A stretch of 64,000 bases of DNA from an uncultured Nitrospirales bacterium (GTDB taxonomy: Bacteria; Hydrogenedentota; Hydrogenedentia; Hydrogenedentales; GCA-2746185): the NCBI GenBank assembly GCA_964467615.1, contig CAYXRK010000001.1, forward strand, positions 14,008 through 78,007. Direction: 5' to 3'. The notes beneath the pieces were generated by a model that searched no databases, was not told the origin of the DNA, and worked only from the letters and a program-made list of their open reading frames with translations. Position 1 is the first letter of the stretch, and every line of letters begins with the position of its first letter. This document shows positions 60,619-64,000 of the stretch, piece by piece. The position numbers and the translations under genes were made by a program.

Positions 60619-61428
60619 CTATTGTCCCAATTCGCGAGATCGCGCCGCCGCCGCGTGGACGCTCTCCGCGACGATGCGGGAGAATTCGTTCGCGCGGAAT
60701 TTTTCGAGCGCGGCGAACGTCGTGCCGCCCTTCGAGGTGACGCGCTCGCGCAAGGTCGCCGCGGACTCGCCGGATTCGACGAGGAGCTTGCCCGCGCCGT
60801 AGAGGGTTTGCGCGGCGAGGCGCGCGGCTTGTTGTTCCGTCAGGCCTTCCGCGACGGCCGCCGCCGCGAGGCACTCGACCATATAAAAGAAGTACGCCGG
60901 ACCGCTACCGCTCAGGCCGGTGACGGCGTCGATGGCGCTCTCGGGAACACGTTCAGCGACGCCGATTGCGTTGAAGATTTCGAGCGCGGCGGATTCGTCT
61001 TTCGGTGTGCAATTCGCGCTGAACGACGCGCCCGAGGCGCTGGCGTTGACCATCGCGGGCGTGTTTGGCATGACGCGCACGACATGCACGCCCGCGCCAA
61101 GCCTCGCCTGGATGAACTTCGTCGAAATTCCCGCCGCGATCGAAATCACGAGAACGCCGGGTTTGACATCGCCTTTGATGGTCGCGAGGGCGGCGTCCAT
61201 ATCCTGCGGCTTCGGCGCGAGGATGAGGGTGTCGCTTTCATGCGCAAGTCGGGTGGGTGAATCGGCCACGCGCGCGCCCAAGTCTCGGCCGCGATCGCGG
61301 CGCGCGGCGGCAACGTCGAACACAAGCACGCGGTCCGGCGTAAGGGTGCGCGCCGCGACGAGGCCCGATAGCATCGCCTCGCCCATGTTGCCGAAGCCGA
61401 GAAAACCGAGTGTTCCTTCCAGCGCCAA
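60619..61428 (-). CDS. proC: pyrroline-5-carboxylate reductase
   Basis: GFLGFGNMGEAM NAD(P)-binding motif. P5CR C-terminal dimerisation-domain signature (SKGGTT). Confidence 0.88.
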   Translation of the reverse strand: MALEGTLGFLGFGNMGEAMLSGLVAARTLTPDRVLVFDVAAARRDRGRDLGARVADSPTRLAHESDTLILAPKPQDMDAALATIKGDVKPGVLVISIAAGISTKFIQARLGAGVHVVRVMPNTPAMVNASASGASFSANCTPKDESAALEIFNAIGVAERVPESAIDAVTGLSGSGPAYFFYMVECLAAAAVAEGLTEQQAARLAAQTLYGAGKLLVESGESAATLRERVTSKGGTTFAALEKFRANEFSRIVAESVHAAAARSRELGQ

Positions 61429-61486
61429 GAGAAATCTCCGTGAGAGAGGGGGAACGATAGCACGTTCCTCGTTTCGCCAAGAATGG

Positions 61487-62392
61487 TCAGCGCTTCCTAC
61501 GGAAGGGCGGCACGATTCTCGCGAACATCCGGGCGAGCAGACCCGGCGTGGGAGTCTTTGTTGCCGCCTTAGTTTCGGCAGCCGCCTCGGCCCTGTCCAT
61601 TTTGCTCAGTTGGTAGACGCGCCAGAGCGCCTCGCGGAATTCCTTGGCGGACTGAAACCGTTGCTCCGGATCGGCCGCCATCGCCTTCTCAACAAACGTG
61701 TCGATCTCCTGCGGGAGGCCCGGCACAATCGACGTGAGCGGCTTGCCGGGTTCGGGCAGCGCGCGGCACATCATCTCGTAGAACAAGACGCCGAGCGAGT
61801 AGAGGTCCGCGCGGTGGTCAACGTTCTTCGCGTCGGCGCGCTGTTCCGGCGCGCTGTACTGAATTTTGCCGAGGCTCACACCGACCCGCGTGAAAGACGA
61901 TGCCGCGTCGGTCAGCTTAGCGAGGCCGAAGTCAAGCAACTTAACGTCGCCCTTCGGCGTGAGCATGATGTTTTCCGGAGAGATGTCGCGGTGGATCGTG
62001 TAACGGTGCGCGTGCTCGAGGGCGTGGCTGAGCATGCTCAGCACGCGAACGGTGGAACCCATGCCGAAGCGCTTGCCCTGGCCCATCCACGTGCGGAGCG
62101 TTTTTCCCTCGACGAACTCCATCGTGTAGAAGATCAGATCGCCCGTCTGTTGGGCGTCGAAGACTTTTACGATGCAGGGGTGGTCGAGCTTACGGACCGC
62201 GTTGACCTCCTGCAGAAACCGCTGAAGCGCGCGCGTGTTGCGAACATATTCCGGCAACAGCGTCTTGAGCGCGATCTGCTCGCCCGTTTCCTGGTCTCGG
62301 ACGATGTAGACCATGCCCATGCCGCCGCGGCCAAGCGCGCCAAGGATTTCGTACCGTTCGGCAACGAGTTCGCCCTTGTTGAACGACGGCAC
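61487..62392 (-). CDS. serine/threonine protein kinase
   Basis: GRGGMGMVY glycine loop, ALK (VAIK-like), HRDISPENIML catalytic loop, DFGLAK, APE motifs. Confidence 0.88.
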   Translation of the reverse strand: MPSFNKGELVAERYEILGALGRGGMGMVYIVRDQETGEQIALKTLLPEYVRNTRALQRFLQEVNAVRKLDHPCIVKVFDAQQTGDLIFYTMEFVEGKTLRTWMGQGKRFGMGSTVRVLSMLSHALEHAHRYTIHRDISPENIMLTPKGDVKLLDFGLAKLTDAASSFTRVGVSLGKIQYSAPEQRADAKNVDHRADLYSLGVLFYEMMCRALPEPGKPLTSIVPGLPQEIDTFVEKAMAADPEQRFQSAKEFREALWRVYQLSKMDRAEAAAETKAATKTPTPGLLARMFARIVPPFRRKR

Positions 62393-62518
62393 TGCAGCGG
62401 CTCCTTGCCGGGGGCGGCGAACACGGTGCTCGCCCGCCCCGGTACAACCCCAAAAAAAAAGTATACCAATGTGCGTCGGCTGGGGTTAAAATCCGCAAGC
62501 GGCATCCACGAGGATTTC

Positions 62519-63094
62519 ATGCGGAACCTGCACCAATTGCGTATTTTGTTGGTTTTCATAGCCGCGGCGTTGCCCGTCGCGTTTGCCGATTGGACCGAAT
62601 GGTCTGAAGTTAAGATGCGGCGCGATCCGGTGGTCGCGTACCGCGCGGCACTCTCCGGCGAGAACTTAGTGATTGAAGTCCGGCACTCGGAAGGCTGGCA
62701 CACGTACGCGCTCGACAACGTCGAACGCGCGCGCGAACGCTCCGGCAAAGAGACGCCAGAGACGGAACTGCCGACGCGTATCGCGGTCGAAGGCGGGTTG
62801 CGCGTCGCCGGGCCGTGGCTTCAGACGAACCCCAAAGACCTTTCGCAAACGGACATCAACTGGTTTACATGGGGCTTCGAGAAAACCGCTACGTTCGCGG
62901 CGAAGGTCGAGCGGACAGGGGCAGGCGCTGAAGCGATCGTCACGATCAATGCTCAGGCCTGCAACGCCTCGACCTGCGCGATGGTAGATCGGCTCGAGAT
63001 TAAAGTGCCCATTGATGCGCCCGGCCAGCCCGTGACAGTGGAGATCAGCGACCTCGTCGAGAGCCACTTGCGCATAGAGAGCGGAGACCGATGA
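62519..63094 (+). CDS. secreted hypothetical protein (191 aa)
   Basis: Signal peptide MRNLHQLRILLVFIAAALPVAFA. The enclosing 724-aa ORF in this frame is a GC artefact upstream of this start. Confidence 0.45.
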   Translation: MRNLHQLRILLVFIAAALPVAFADWTEWSEVKMRRDPVVAYRAALSGENLVIEVRHSEGWHTYALDNVERARERSGKETPETELPTRIAVEGGLRVAGPWLQTNPKDLSQTDINWFTWGFEKTATFAAKVERTGAGAEAIVTINAQACNASTCAMVDRLEIKVPIDAPGQPVTVEISDLVESHLRIESGDR

Positions 63095-63140
63095 CGTTCG
63101 AGCGCGGTGGAGGAACGCGCATCGGCGCGTTGACGAGGGT

Positions 63141-64000
63141 TTAGCTCCGCTTGCGCGCTCGCCGTTTCTTAGGTTCCTCCGAAACGGCCAACGGTGTGGT
63201 CAATTGCTCATACAGCCGAAACAGGAATTCGATGCGCTCACGTTCGCTGTCGAATTTTTCTTTTCGGTAACAGCGATCCACAGCACGATCCAGCGCCCGA
63301 TGCGCTTTCAACAGGTCCCCCGGCATGTAAAGCGGATCGTAGAGATCCGCTAATGTCTGGCCACCGTCCAAATGCTTTTGGCGCACGTCCAACAGTGCCT
63401 GGGCGCACTCCTCGACCTTTGCACGCCGCGCATCGGTCACGTCGACCGGCCAAGGGAAGTTGTTGTAGACCAGTTTGGCCGAATACCGAAGATCAGACTT
63501 TATCCGGCCGCACACTTGGCGGACCCACGCCATGTGCATCGCACTCGTGAGAATGCCGAAGTGAAAAGGGGTAGCGTTCGGAATAAAAAGACAACTATCG
63601 TGAACAATACTTTCGGGACCGAAATATGAGAATGGTATGTACACGCGCCTCTCGGAGCTATGGCGGGGCAAAACGATGAAGTTCGAATCAGGTTGCCTTA
63701 TTTCCGCAAATTGAAATGGGCGCTCGGCCAATCGCTTTGTCGCCGCGCGATTACTTCGGAGGCGATACTCCCGTACGGCTTCGATACGTTCCTTCACGCC
63801 AGGAAGATTTCGATACTGTTGAATGGGGACGTCCTTAAGCCAAATGCACCATCGTTCGGCGCCGCTGAAGTATTCTTTGGCGCTAACCAGCGGACGCAGA
63901 AAAGCCGCGGCCCTCGGCGCGCGAGACAACAGTTCTCTCTTCTCATCCGCGTCGAGTATCAGTTGCCCATCGTCGTTCGGCATACTGCCGAAATTCATCG
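63141..64000 (-). CDS. C-terminal portion of an MmeI/PglX-like class I SAM-dependent N6-adenine DNA methyltransferase (type IIL R-M or BREX-type); N-terminal part lies beyond the window edge
   Basis: YNNFPWP and LYDPLYMPGDLLKAHRALDRAVDRCYR...RIEFLFRLYEQL motifs resemble the conserved C-terminus of MmeI-family / PglX enzymes. The ORF is open to the window end. Lower GC. Confidence 0.5.
   Translation of the reverse strand, partial: MNFGSMPNDDGQLILDADEKRELLSRAPRAAAFLRPLVSAKEYFSGAERWCIWLKDVPIQQYRNLPGVKERIEAVREYRLRSNRAATKRLAERPFQFAEIRQPDSNFIVLPRHSSERRVYIPFSYFGPESIVHDSCLFIPNATPFHFGILTSAMHMAWVRQVCGRIKSDLRYSAKLVYNNFPWPVDVTDARRAKVEECAQALLDVRQKHLDGGQTLADLYDPLYMPGDLLKAHRALDRAVDRCYRKEKFDSERERIEFLFRLYEQLTTPLAVSEEPKKRRARKRS

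Noticed and set aside
60920-62518. Upstream part of a 724-aa plus-strand ORF spanning proC and the kinase antisense
   Set aside because: Only the last 191 codons (from the ATG at 62519, with a signal peptide) look protein-like. The remainder is Arg/Ser-rich antisense of proC and the kinase gene.

Overview
High-GC (about 62-65%) bacterial chromosomal window. The gene content points to a Planctomycetes/PVC-like lineage: Cys-type sulfatases, DUF1800, an FG-GAP giant protein, MMPL plus LolA-like proteins, and a cytochrome c-PHM fusion.

Recognisable core genes:
- complete Na+-translocating NADH:quinone reductase operon nqrABCDEF (11.7-17.7 kb)
- hemB, thiD, menB, a MenE-like AMP-ligase, proC, maf, cls
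- ECF sigma / anti-sigma / DUF4097 module
- FGGY kinase / IMPase / MFS / metallophosphoesterase cluster
- MMPL (RND-like) exporter with a LolA-like sorting protein
- DUF1800, two sulfatase-family genes, K+ channel, TauE, ParA-like ATPase, Ser/Thr kinase

Unusual content:
1. A translationally coupled AsmA-family giant envelope protein and radical-SAM/SPASM enzyme, followed by two Shine-Dalgarno-preceded small ORFs (54 and 41 aa) and a Tat-exported amidohydrolase. This is a candidate RiPP-like or novel envelope-modification locus.
2. A BCP/PrxQ-type peroxiredoxin gene with an in-frame UGA (UxxC in place of TxxC) and an fdhF-like SECIS hairpin 14 nt downstream. This is a selenoprotein, followed by a cytochrome c / Cu-monooxygenase (PHM-like) fusion.
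3. A 183-bp MITE-like palindromic element in two inverted copies (9965-10147 and 57221-57403). The second copy abuts a parA-like gene whose last 12 codons are duplicated downstream of an inserted sulfatase-like lipoprotein gene.
4. A low-GC (about 43%) island carrying a Dam-like N6A methyltransferase and a putative restriction endonuclease.
5. An MmeI/PglX-like methyltransferase C-terminus truncated by the window edge.
6. An orphan HigA antitoxin that looks frameshifted in a C5 run.
7. A degenerate YgiT/MqsA-like zinc-finger protein that has lost its Cys ligands, with a possible DUF4258 remnant upstream.
8. A thrice-repeated AATCCGGCCAT motif bracketing a lower-GC cassette near the window start.

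No rRNA, tRNA or CRISPR array was recognised.
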